From the NCBI GenBank assembly GCA_902540995.1, contig CACBOY010000006.1, forward strand, positions 2,869 through 66,868: a stretch of 64,000 nucleotides of DNA. The letters are read 5' to 3'. Below the pieces are notes generated by a model. The model was not told the origin of the DNA, made no database searches, and worked only from the letters and a program-made list of their open reading frames with translations. This document shows, one piece after another, positions 18,009 to 26,390 of this stretch (position 1 is its first letter; every line of letters starts with the position of its first letter). This DNA comes from an uncultured SAR86 cluster bacterium. Its GTDB lineage: Bacteria; Pseudomonadota; Gammaproteobacteria; Magnimaribacterales; AG-339-G14. The translations under genes were made by a program, and so were the position numbers.

Positions 18009-19192
18009 AAGACTAAAAAAGATCTCTCGATGATGAGATTTAAGCTGTAGCCAAAAATTGATGCGGTAATGGCTACAGTGGCAAAGTTTCTTAGCTTTCC
18101 TAAATTATAAAATTTTAAAAAGTAGGCAAATAAAGCAAAAACTCCAAAAATTAAAATTTGACCAATTTCAATGCCTAAGTTGAAAGCTAGAAGGATTTTT
18201 AACATGTCTTCTTTTGGTAAATAAATCTCATTTATGGCTCCTGCAAAACCCAGGCCGTGGATAAAGCCAAACACAATGGTTATAAAAATAAGATTCAAAC
18301 TGCTTTGGTAGTTATCAGATAATCTCAAATAGCAAAACATCATAAGACCTAAAGCTAAAAAGAAGAGAGACTGCTTGGGGATAAAGATATATATAGTGAA
18401 AGTTAAAATTGCCCAAGCAACTAATAGAAGATTTGAAAACATCCCAAGCTGAGCCGTCTTTTTCCCCAAGACCTCTATCGAGCAGACTAAGATGGAAAAT
18501 CCAATCATGATCTCAACCAAATTTGTTGAAGATACAATTAGACCCTGAACACTTGAAAAAAGGCTAGCTGAATGTCCTAGGGTAAAACCTGAAATTGCAA
18601 AAAAAAGGGTTTTTAAGTTTGCACACAAAAAAATTATGAGCAACAAAAAAGCAATGTGATCCAAACCACTCAAAATGTGCTTGAAACCGAAAGATAAGAA
18701 GTTTAAGAAGGATAAATTGAGCTCAGCACTTTGATTCTCATCAAAAATATAAATCTGTCGATTGTCCGAGGAAATAATAAAATCAGGGAAGAGCTGACCT
18801 GCCTTTTCTTGAGAAGAAAAATCCAGGTGGGTAAGATTCAAGTCAAAAAACAAGTTGAAGTTAAATCTAGGCTGCTCTACAGAACAGAAAAATTTATTCA
18901 GATATTTAACAAAGTCACCCTGATCTTGGATTAGCGGATTTTGCGAAAAACAGTCTTCAGAGCTTATTTTATTTTTAAAATAATTCTCAAGCTGATCTAT
19001 TCGATAGCCGTTGTTTTGAAGTTGATTAAATAAAACTCCTTTACTGATTTTTGTCGAAACAGAAACAACGAAGTCTGTTCCAACCACTTCGCCCTTCCAG
19101 GAGGTATAAGACTGGCTTTTTTGATGAGATAAAATATTTCCTGAAAAAAAAAGTATTAAAAAAAAGCTAAAAAGAATATTTTTCAATTTCAT
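18005..19192 (-). CDS. HupE/UreJ-like (type 2) membrane protein with a ~170-aa N-terminal periplasmic domain
   Basis: 395 aa with a signal peptide. Motif GFKHILSGLDHIAFLLLIIFL is followed by about 6 TM segments. Confidence 0.55.
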   Translation of the reverse strand: MKLKNILFSFFLILFFSGNILSHQKSQSYTSWKGEVVGTDFVVSVSTKISKGVLFNQLQNNGYRIDQLENYFKNKISSEDCFSQNPLIQDQGDFVKYLNKFFCSVEQPRFNFNLFFDLNLTHLDFSSQEKAGQLFPDFIISSDNRQIYIFDENQSAELNLSFLNFLSFGFKHILSGLDHIAFLLLIIFLCANLKTLFFAISGFTLGHSASLFSSVQGLIVSSTNLVEIMIGFSILVCSIEVLGKKTAQLGMFSNLLLVAWAILTFTIYIFIPKQSLFFLALGLMMFCYLRLSDNYQSSLNLIFITIVFGFIHGLGFAGAINEIYLPKEDMLKILLAFNLGIEIGQILIFGVFALFAYFLKFYNLGKLRNFATVAITASIFGYSLNLIIERSFLVF

Positions 19193-20000
19193 AAAAATTT
19201 CTTAAGTTTTCAATATACTCTTTGACGAGACTGTCTTCTCGATCTCTGATGAATTTATTCTTGATCTGTTCGGCAATTTCTTCGAATTTTGGATTGTTGT
19301 CCAACAAAATATCAATACAAATAACGATGCTAGGTACTTCGTTTATTTCAAAAATATTAGAAAAGCCTCCTTTTTCAAGACTCGGTAATTCATCTAAAAC
19401 TTTGGGTCCTAAATAATCTCTTATTTTTTGCGGCGTAAGGAAAACGTTTGGTAAATCAATAGCACTTTCAGTTTCTACAAGTTTTAAGAAACTTTCCAAA
19501 TCGCTTTGGTTAAGCAAATTTATTGCCGTTTTTGCATCATCCAAATTACGAAAAGTATAATTCTTGAGTTTGTAACGCCTACCTGAAGAGAAGTAATTCT
19601 TTTCTTTGCTGAAATACTCTCTTAACTCAGCCTCTGAAGGTTCAACCAATTCGTTTGAGTTGATGATGTGTTGAAACATTGTTTGAATTACATTCCCTTT
19701 TACCAAAGAGTCATTTCTTACCAAATCAAGCTCTATTGCTCTTTGAATTAAAAGTTCCTCATCAATTAGCCTTTCCCGGATCAAATTTTTCTTTTCCAAA
19801 GTTAATTCTGAATTGCTTTGATCGTCCAAAACTTTGATTATTTCTTCAAATCTTTGTCGGCTTATCTCTTTTTCGCCTACGCGGGCAATTGCCTGGTCGA
19901 GTTGAAAATTGGTCTCAAAAATAACTGAATTTAAAGAAATGAATAAGGAAACAAAAAAAACAACAGTTAACGCAATGTTGACGTATTTTTTATCAATCAT
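19167..20000 (-). CDS. Membrane-anchored SurA-N/PpiC (rotamase)-like periplasmic protein
   Basis: 277 aa with one N-terminal TM segment. Helical chaperone-like N-region (RERLIDEELLIQRAIELDL) and a degenerate parvulin-like C-region. Overlaps the HupE-like gene by 26 nt. Confidence 0.4.
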   Translation of the reverse strand: MIDKKYVNIALTVVFFVSLFISLNSVIFETNFQLDQAIARVGEKEISRQRFEEIIKVLDDQSNSELTLEKKNLIRERLIDEELLIQRAIELDLVRNDSLVKGNVIQTMFQHIINSNELVEPSEAELREYFSKEKNYFSSGRRYKLKNYTFRNLDDAKTAINLLNQSDLESFLKLVETESAIDLPNVFLTPQKIRDYLGPKVLDELPSLEKGGFSNIFEINEVPSIVICIDILLDNNPKFEEIAEQIKNKFIRDREDSLVKEYIENLRNFYEIEKYSF

Positions 20001-20433
20001 TTTTCAATAAAATAAAATGCTCAACTCCAGCTTCGTCAATGACCTTTTTATCTTCAATGAAATTATGTTTTTTATAAAAACTTAAGGTAGAAGCCAAGCT
20101 TGATACTTTTGTTATTTTATTGGAGAACAAGGCTTTTGATTTTTTACTCAGCTCATTAACTAAAGCTTTACCAAATCCTTTTTTTCTGAATTTTTCGGCA
20201 ACGATGATTCTGCTGAGGTAAGGATTGATAAATTCACCATGAGGTGGAATCACTCTACCATATGCCACCAAGTCAGAATTCATCAGCCCTAAAAGATGAA
20301 AACTCATTACATCGTATTCGTCCTTTACCGGATCTTGTTGATCAGCCTCAAAAAAAGATTTTCTTAGCTCTGAAATATCTCGTAACTGCGAGTCATCCAA
20401 ATCATTATATTTAAGCCATATCCATTTCATCAA
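19993..20433 (-). CDS. GNAT-family N-acetyltransferase (ElaA-like)
   Basis: 146 aa with acetyl-CoA-binding motif RKKGFGKALVNEL. N-terminal half resembles ElaA. Confidence 0.6.
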   Translation of the reverse strand: MMKWIWLKYNDLDDSQLRDISELRKSFFEADQQDPVKDEYDVMSFHLLGLMNSDLVAYGRVIPPHGEFINPYLSRIIVAEKFRKKGFGKALVNELSKKSKALFSNKITKVSSLASTLSFYKKHNFIEDKKVIDEAGVEHFILLKND

Positions 20434-20434
20434 A

Positions 20435-21475
20435 TTAAGGACATGGATTAGGGCAAGCAGCGTGTACTTGATCCAAATAGGTCAAATTTTCTTCGCTCAG
20501 TTCAACTTCAAAACTATCAATTGCTAATTTTAGTTGTTCCATTGTTGTAGCTCCGATGATGTTGGATGTAACAAAATCTCTGGAATTAACAAAAGCGTTG
20601 GCCATTACTGAAGGATCGATATTTATTTCTTTTGCGTAGTCGACGTACTTTTGAATTGAATTTTCGGCAGATTCTGTTTCATATCTTTGACCTCTGCCAA
20701 ATAATTGAGTTCTAGAACCCTCAGGTCTTGCACCATTTAAATATTTTCCAGATAAATACCCTTGAGCAAGTGGAGAGTATGCCAATAAACCTACTTCGGA
20801 TCTGAAATAAAATTCAGACATGCCATATTCGTATGTCCTGTTTAAAAGATTGTAAGCATTTTGAACTGACTGAACCCTTGGTAAATTCATTTCATCTGCA
20901 ATTCTTAAAAATTCTGAAAGTCCCCAAGGGGTCTCATTAGATAAACCGATATATCTCACCTTGCCAGAATCGACTAGAGACTTTAGAACTTCCAATGTTT
21001 CAGAAATTGCGATGTTTTCCATATCGTAATGCTTGTAAAGACCTGCTCCTCCGCCAAACATAGGCATTGGTCTATCCGGCCAATGCAGTTGATACAAATC
21101 TACATAATCGGTTTGCAGTCTTTTCAGACTCCCTTCTATCGCAGCCTCTATATTTTTTTTATCGAGTCGAGTCTCTCCTCCTCTAAACCAATCCATACCG
21201 CTTCTACCTGCAACTTTTGTAGCCAAAATAATTTTGTCTCGATTCTTATTTTTCTTAAACCAAGTTCCAATAATTGTTTCGGTGCTTCCTTGTGTTTCTG
21301 CTTTTGGAGGAATTGAATAAAGTTCTGCGGTATCAAAAAAATTAACTCCCCTATCAACAGCATAGTCCATTTGCTCATGACCTTCTTCTTCAGTATTTTG
21401 TTGGCCCCAAGTCATTGTCCCTAAACAAATAAGGCTTACGTCTAAGTCGGTGTTACCTAGTTTTTTGTATTTCAT
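20435..21475 (-). CDS. NADP(H)-dependent aldo/keto reductase (Tas-like)
   Basis: 346 aa with LGTMTWG, GVNFFDTAELY, DLYQLHWPDR and IGLSNETPWG. Confidence 0.85.
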   Translation of the reverse strand: MKYKKLGNTDLDVSLICLGTMTWGQQNTEEEGHEQMDYAVDRGVNFFDTAELYSIPPKAETQGSTETIIGTWFKKNKNRDKIILATKVAGRSGMDWFRGGETRLDKKNIEAAIEGSLKRLQTDYVDLYQLHWPDRPMPMFGGGAGLYKHYDMENIAISETLEVLKSLVDSGKVRYIGLSNETPWGLSEFLRIADEMNLPRVQSVQNAYNLLNRTYEYGMSEFYFRSEVGLLAYSPLAQGYLSGKYLNGARPEGSRTQLFGRGQRYETESAENSIQKYVDYAKEINIDPSVMANAFVNSRDFVTSNIIGATTMEQLKLAIDSFEVELSEENLTYLDQVHAACPNPCP

Positions 21476-21521
21476 GATTGCTCTCCCCGTTGATTAAAGT
21501 ATTTATATTTTTTCTGATAAA

Positions 21522-22013
21522 ATGAATTTTATGAGCCAAACATTATATGACTTTTCAGTAAATGATAATGCAAATAATTCAGTATCATTGGAAAAATATA
21601 GAGGAAAAACCCTTCTAATTGTAAATACAGCCAGTAAATGTGGGTTTACACCGCAATACGACGGCTTAGAAGAGCTGCAAAAAAAATACTCAGAAAAAGA
21701 CTTTTCTGTCTTAGCTTTTCCTTGTAATCAATTTGGCAATCAAGAGCCTGGAAGCAATGAAGAGATCCAAGAATTTTGCTCAATAAATTTCCAAACCAGT
21801 TTTCCTGTTATGGGAAAAATAGACGTCAATGGAAAAAATGCGGATCCTTTGTATGATTTTCTCAAATCGGAAAAGAAAGGCTTACTTGGAAGCAAGGCAA
21901 TAAAATGGAATTTTACAAAGTTTTTGGTCAATAAAGATGGCGAGGTGATTAAACGTTACTCACCGAATACGGAACCTAAAGATATTGCTCAAGACATAGA
22001 AAATCTGCTTTAA
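21522..22013 (+). CDS. Glutathione peroxidase (Cys-type, BtuE-like)
   Basis: Motifs NTASKCGFTPQY, LAFPCNQFGNQEPG, IKWNFTKFLV. Alternative start at ATG 21531. Confidence 0.9.
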   Translation: MNFMSQTLYDFSVNDNANNSVSLEKYRGKTLLIVNTASKCGFTPQYDGLEELQKKYSEKDFSVLAFPCNQFGNQEPGSNEEIQEFCSINFQTSFPVMGKIDVNGKNADPLYDFLKSEKKGLLGSKAIKWNFTKFLVNKDGEVIKRYSPNTEPKDIAQDIENLL

Positions 22014-22469
22014 AGAAAAAGAATCATCTGTCAACTTCTTTGAAAATATGAGGGCATCTTCTCTTCCATCATATAGTTTGTAGTAGTTTTTTCTCAACCC
22101 AATCTCTTTAAATTCATTAGTTTTGTAAAAAGAAATAGCTTCTTCGTTTGATTCTCTAACTTCTAAAAATATTTCTTTTATTCCAAACTTATTAGCAATG
22201 GATTCAACTTTCTCTAAAAGTTCGTTACCTATTCCTTGTCTTTTCATATTAGGTGCAACAGAAATATTCAGTAAGTGTCCTTCCAACAAACTGAAACTAG
22301 CTATAAAAAAACCTTGAACCTTTTCGTTTTCGAGACATACATAAAATTCATAATCTTTTCTCATACAATCTAGAAAGCTGGAGTAGCTCCAAGGTGTAGA
22401 ATTAGAAAGCTGTTCTATTCCAAAGACTTGCTCAAGATAACGTTTTTTTATTTTTTCAATTTTTCTCAA
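21960..22469 (-). CDS. rimI: Ribosomal-protein-S18-alanine N-acetyltransferase
   Basis: GNAT motif RQGIGNELLEKV. Lies immediately downstream of and overlapping holD, the E. coli holD-rimI arrangement. The C-terminal ~20 aa overlap the gpx 3' end. Confidence 0.65.
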   Translation of the reverse strand: MRKIEKIKKRYLEQVFGIEQLSNSTPWSYSSFLDCMRKDYEFYVCLENEKVQGFFIASFSLLEGHLLNISVAPNMKRQGIGNELLEKVESIANKFGIKEIFLEVRESNEEAISFYKTNEFKEIGLRKNYYKLYDGREDALIFSKKLTDDSFSLKQIFYVLSNIFRFRIR

Positions 22470-22755
22470 TGTTTATCAAAAGCTCTTTTTTTTCTTGGGT
22501 GGACATAGTTTTTAAAATATCTAGGCTATCAATTTCGATTTTATTTGCAGACAAATAATCAATTATTTGCTCTGGATAATTCTCAGAAAACTCTTGTCTA
22601 AGGGAAATGCTTAAAGACTTCAAAAATTTTAAATCTGCTGGTGAGATATTTTTAATATCTTTTTTGGTGATATGTTTGCCGTCGAACAAAAAATTTTTTT
22701 TCAAAGTCCAAGAAGAAATTCCCATTTCTCTCAAAAGCTTTTCCCCTGATTTCAT
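22456..22755 (-). CDS. holD: DNA polymerase III psi subunit (short)
   Basis: LREMGISSWTLKK resembles the E. coli psi N-terminus (LQQLGITQWSLRR, from memory), and it sits upstream of rimI. I prefer the ATG at 22755 over the track's GTG at 22782. Confidence 0.55.
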   Translation of the reverse strand: MKSGEKLLREMGISSWTLKKNFLFDGKHITKKDIKNISPADLKFLKSLSISLRQEFSENYPEQIIDYLSANKIEIDSLDILKTMSTQEKKELLINIEKN

Positions 22756-22800
22756 TGTAAATATCTTATATGATAAGCACACTTAAGTTAATTTATAACC

Positions 22801-24471
22801 ATGAAGAAAATAGATAACAGCGCTATTTCCAAGTACTCATCTTTTGAGAAAATTAAACTTAAAAATAGAAGCTGGCCTACTAACCAAATCACCAATGCCC
22901 CCATCTGGTGTAGCGTTGACTTGCGAGATGGAAATCAAGCTCTGATTGAGCCAATGGGGATAGAAAAAAAACTTAGATTTTTTGCAATGTTGATTGAATT
23001 GGATTTTAAGGAAATAGAAATAGGATTTCCATCAGCATCTGAGACGGAATTCAGCTTCGTAAGAAAATTAATCGATGATAATTTAATTCCTTCTGATGTA
23101 AAAATCCAAGTTTTATCCCAAGCTCGAGAACACTTAATAAAAAGAACTTTTGAGGCTACAGAAGGTGCAAAAAATGTAATTTTTCATTTGTATAACTCTA
23201 CTTCGACTCTTCAAAGAGAAGTTGTTTTCAAAAAGGATAAGGCAGGAATTACAAAAATCGCTACGGAAGGAGCTGAGCTTGTGCAAAAACTTTCTGAAGA
23301 ATACAGCAAGACGAATTGGCAATTTGAGTACAGTCCAGAAAGTTTTACTGGAACAGAACTAGACTACGCAGCCGAGGTTTGCAACGAGGTCAATAATATC
23401 TGGCACAAAGGTAACAAAAATAAAACAATTATTAACCTCCCCGCAACAGTAGAACTCTCCACGCCAAATATTTATGCCGATCAAATTCAATGGATGAACG
23501 AAAATTTAAAGAACAGAGACAAGATCATTCTTAGTCTGCATCCTCATAATGATAGAGGAACAGCAGTTGCTGCGGCTGAACTTGGGTTGATGGCAGGTGC
23601 AGATAGAATTGAAGGTACTCTTTTCGGAAACGGTGAAAGAACAGGTAACGTAGATATTGTGACTTTGGGATTAAATTTATTTACTCAAGGAATCGATCCT
23701 CAGCTAGATTTCTCAGATATCAACAAGACAATGCGTGAGGTTGAATATTGCAATCAACTTCCGGTTCATCCTCGACACCCGTATGCGGGAGACTTGGTAT
23801 TTACAGCTTTCTCTGGATCCCATCAAGATGCCATCAAAAAAGGATTTGATGAAATGCGAAATTCAAACGATTCAAAGTGGCGAGTCCCTTATCTGCCTAT
23901 AGATCCTGAAGATGTTGGCAGAACCTATGAAGCCGTGATTAGAATAAATAGCCAATCAGGGAAGGGAGGCATTTCCTACATTCTAGAGCAAGACTATGGA
24001 GTTACCCTGCCAAGAAGAATGCAGATTGATTTCAGTCAAGTAATTCAAAAGCAAGCCGATGAAACAGGAAAAGAATTAGACTCTAAAGAAATTTGGGAGA
24101 GTTTTGAAAATTACTATTTAAAAAATAATTCCAAAAAGATTTCTTACAATTCCCATGAAATTCAATCGTCAAAAGAAAAAGACGTCATTAAGCTTTCATT
24201 GATAGAGAACAAAAAAGAAATCCAAATTGAGGGAACTGGAAATGGACCTATAGACGCTTTCATTAATGCATTGAATGACCACTTGTCCTCAGACTTCAAA
24301 GTTTCTGATTATCATCAGCATTCAATCTCATCCGGTTCAGATGCCTCAGCTGCCGCATACATTGAAATACAAAATAAAAACTCTTCGGATTGGGGTGCAG
24401 GCATAGATCAAAACACTACAGTAGCTTCTTACAAAGCAATTCTTAATTGCATCAATAAAATTTTAAGCTGA
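22801..24471 (+). CDS. leuA: 2-isopropylmalate synthase (long LeuA type)
   Basis: 556 aa with WCSVDLRDGNQA, LSLHPHNDRGTAVA and GTLFGNGERTGN, plus a C-terminal LeuA dimerisation/regulatory domain. Confidence 0.93.
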   Translation: MKKIDNSAISKYSSFEKIKLKNRSWPTNQITNAPIWCSVDLRDGNQALIEPMGIEKKLRFFAMLIELDFKEIEIGFPSASETEFSFVRKLIDDNLIPSDVKIQVLSQAREHLIKRTFEATEGAKNVIFHLYNSTSTLQREVVFKKDKAGITKIATEGAELVQKLSEEYSKTNWQFEYSPESFTGTELDYAAEVCNEVNNIWHKGNKNKTIINLPATVELSTPNIYADQIQWMNENLKNRDKIILSLHPHNDRGTAVAAAELGLMAGADRIEGTLFGNGERTGNVDIVTLGLNLFTQGIDPQLDFSDINKTMREVEYCNQLPVHPRHPYAGDLVFTAFSGSHQDAIKKGFDEMRNSNDSKWRVPYLPIDPEDVGRTYEAVIRINSQSGKGGISYILEQDYGVTLPRRMQIDFSQVIQKQADETGKELDSKEIWESFENYYLKNNSKKISYNSHEIQSSKEKDVIKLSLIENKKEIQIEGTGNGPIDAFINALNDHLSSDFKVSDYHQHSISSGSDASAAAYIEIQNKNSSDWGAGIDQNTTVASYKAILNCINKILS

Positions 24472-25434
24472 TAGTTCTGAAATTCTTAACTCATTTGTAT
24501 TTTTAGTAATACAAACTGAACCTTTTTTAGATGTAGTTCCCCACATGTATTTTGCTTTGGGCGTCTTTTCATCTTTAAGAAATTTGCTAAAGAAAAGATT
24601 TATCACTCTAGCGCTAGGTTGATTTAAACCATTAAGTTTGATCCAAAAAATAAGGACATTTTTTTGGCGAATTTTTGAAAGGTTAAGAAATTTTTTTAAA
24701 GAAATAAGATTTTTTTTTACTTTCACCTGATTAAAGTCTTTTTCCGCATGAGTAATAAGTAAGTCACTTGATTCTTTTAGGTTTTCAATCAGCTGATTTA
24801 AATTTTTTCTGTATGACGGCCATCTTTTTTCTATCTTAGGCAATATCTCGTTTCTCAAATAGTTTCTATCAAAAGAGATATCTTTATTTGATGGATCACT
24901 AATAAATTTCAATTTATCTTTTTTTGCTTTAGTTAAAATTTCACTTTTTGAAATATTCAAGAAGGGTCTTATGAGCTTTCCTTTTCCCAAAGTCCTTTCT
25001 TTGGGAATTGAGCTTAAGCCCTCAATTCCACTGCCTCGCAATGCTCTTAAAAAGAAAGTCTCAATAAGATCATCTAGATGATGGCCCATAAAAAGAATTG
25101 AGTTTCTTTCTAAAGTTTTTTCGAAAAATCTATATCTTTCGTCTCTTAGTTTTTTTTCAAGATTAGAAAATATATTCTTTTTCGGTTTCAAGGAATGAGC
25201 GATAAATTTAATTTTGTTTTTTTTACAAAAATTTTCACAAATGATTTTCCATTTTTCGGAATCTTTTTGAACGTTGTGATTGATATGAATTGCAATTAGA
25301 TTGAAATCATTTTCATTTTGTAGTTTCTTTAGTTCATTCAGAAGTACTAGTGAATCTGCTCCGCCACTTAAAGCAACATAATAAGTTTTGGTTTTTTTAT
25401 TTAAATAAGGTTTAAGGTAGTCAGAAAAGTCCAT
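24463..25434 (-). CDS. tilS: tRNA(Ile)-lysidine synthetase (short form)
   Basis: PP-loop motif YYVALSGGADSLVL. Downstream of accA as in Pseudomonas and E. coli. 323 aa. Confidence 0.85.
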   Translation of the reverse strand: MDFSDYLKPYLNKKTKTYYVALSGGADSLVLLNELKKLQNENDFNLIAIHINHNVQKDSEKWKIICENFCKKNKIKFIAHSLKPKKNIFSNLEKKLRDERYRFFEKTLERNSILFMGHHLDDLIETFFLRALRGSGIEGLSSIPKERTLGKGKLIRPFLNISKSEILTKAKKDKLKFISDPSNKDISFDRNYLRNEILPKIEKRWPSYRKNLNQLIENLKESSDLLITHAEKDFNQVKVKKNLISLKKFLNLSKIRQKNVLIFWIKLNGLNQPSARVINLFFSKFLKDEKTPKAKYMWGTTSKKGSVCITKNTNELRISELSA

Positions 25435-26388
25435 TCACTTCTGAATTGACCCATAAGACATGATTTTTTGATATCTCTTTTCGATCAACTCATCGATTTC
25501 AATTTCTCTTAGACGCTTTAAATTGTCATCAATTTCTTGAGCAATTAGGGAAGAGGTTTTTTTTGCATCTCTGTGGGCCCCGCCTAAAGGCTCATCAATT
25601 ATGTTATCTATCAAGCCGAAATCCAGTAAATTTTTAGCGTCAAGTTTCATTGCTTCTGCAGCTTCTTGAGCTTTAGAATTGTCCCTCCAAACAATAGACG
25701 CACAAGCTTCTGGAGATGCTACCGAATAAATTGAATATTGCAGCATGGAAATATGATCTCCTACTCCAATCGCCAATGCTCCTCCTGAGCCGCCCTCGCC
25801 TGTAATAATTACAATTATTGGAACTTTAAGACCTGACATAATGCTTAAATTTTTAGCAATAGCTTCACTCATACCACGTTCTTCGCTCTCAATTCCAGGA
25901 TAAGCTCCTGGTGTATCAATAAAACTTATTATTGGAAGAGAAAAATCTTCAGCTAATTTCATTAATCTGGAAGCTTTCCGATAGCCTTCAGGCTGGGACA
26001 TACCAAAGTTTCTCGAAATTTTGTCTTCAGTAGATTTGCCTTTTTCGTGACCAATGATTATAACTGGACTTCCTTTAAATTTTGCTAATCCACCAATGAT
26101 TGCTTGATCATCGCCAAACAATCGATCGCCATGCAACTCGTCAAAATCGGTAAAAATATTTTCTATGTAGTCAGAAAAATGAGGTCTGTGAGGATGGCGA
26201 GCTACTTGAACTTTTTGCCAAATCGAAAGGCCCTCGTAAATTTCTTTAGTGAGATTCTCAATTCTATCGCTCAAGGAAGAAATTTCTTGATGAACGCTTT
26301 CATCGTTATCTTTGTTATCTCTAAGAGATTCAATCTTGTTTTCAAGATCGCTTATCGGTTTTTCAAATTCTAAATAGGTATAGGCCAT
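25435..26388 (-). CDS. accA: Acetyl-CoA carboxylase carboxyltransferase alpha subunit
   Basis: MAYTYLEFEKPI..., ARHPHRP, FIDTPGAYPG, GEGGSGGALA. Start taken at M16 of the track ORF, 3 nt after the dnaE stop. Confidence 0.95.
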   Translation of the reverse strand: MAYTYLEFEKPISDLENKIESLRDNKDNDESVHQEISSLSDRIENLTKEIYEGLSIWQKVQVARHPHRPHFSDYIENIFTDFDELHGDRLFGDDQAIIGGLAKFKGSPVIIIGHEKGKSTEDKISRNFGMSQPEGYRKASRLMKLAEDFSLPIISFIDTPGAYPGIESEERGMSEAIAKNLSIMSGLKVPIIVIITGEGGSGGALAIGVGDHISMLQYSIYSVASPEACASIVWRDNSKAQEAAEAMKLDAKNLLDFGLIDNIIDEPLGGAHRDAKKTSSLIAQEIDDNLKRLREIEIDELIEKRYQKIMSYGSIQK

Positions 26389-26390
26389 CT

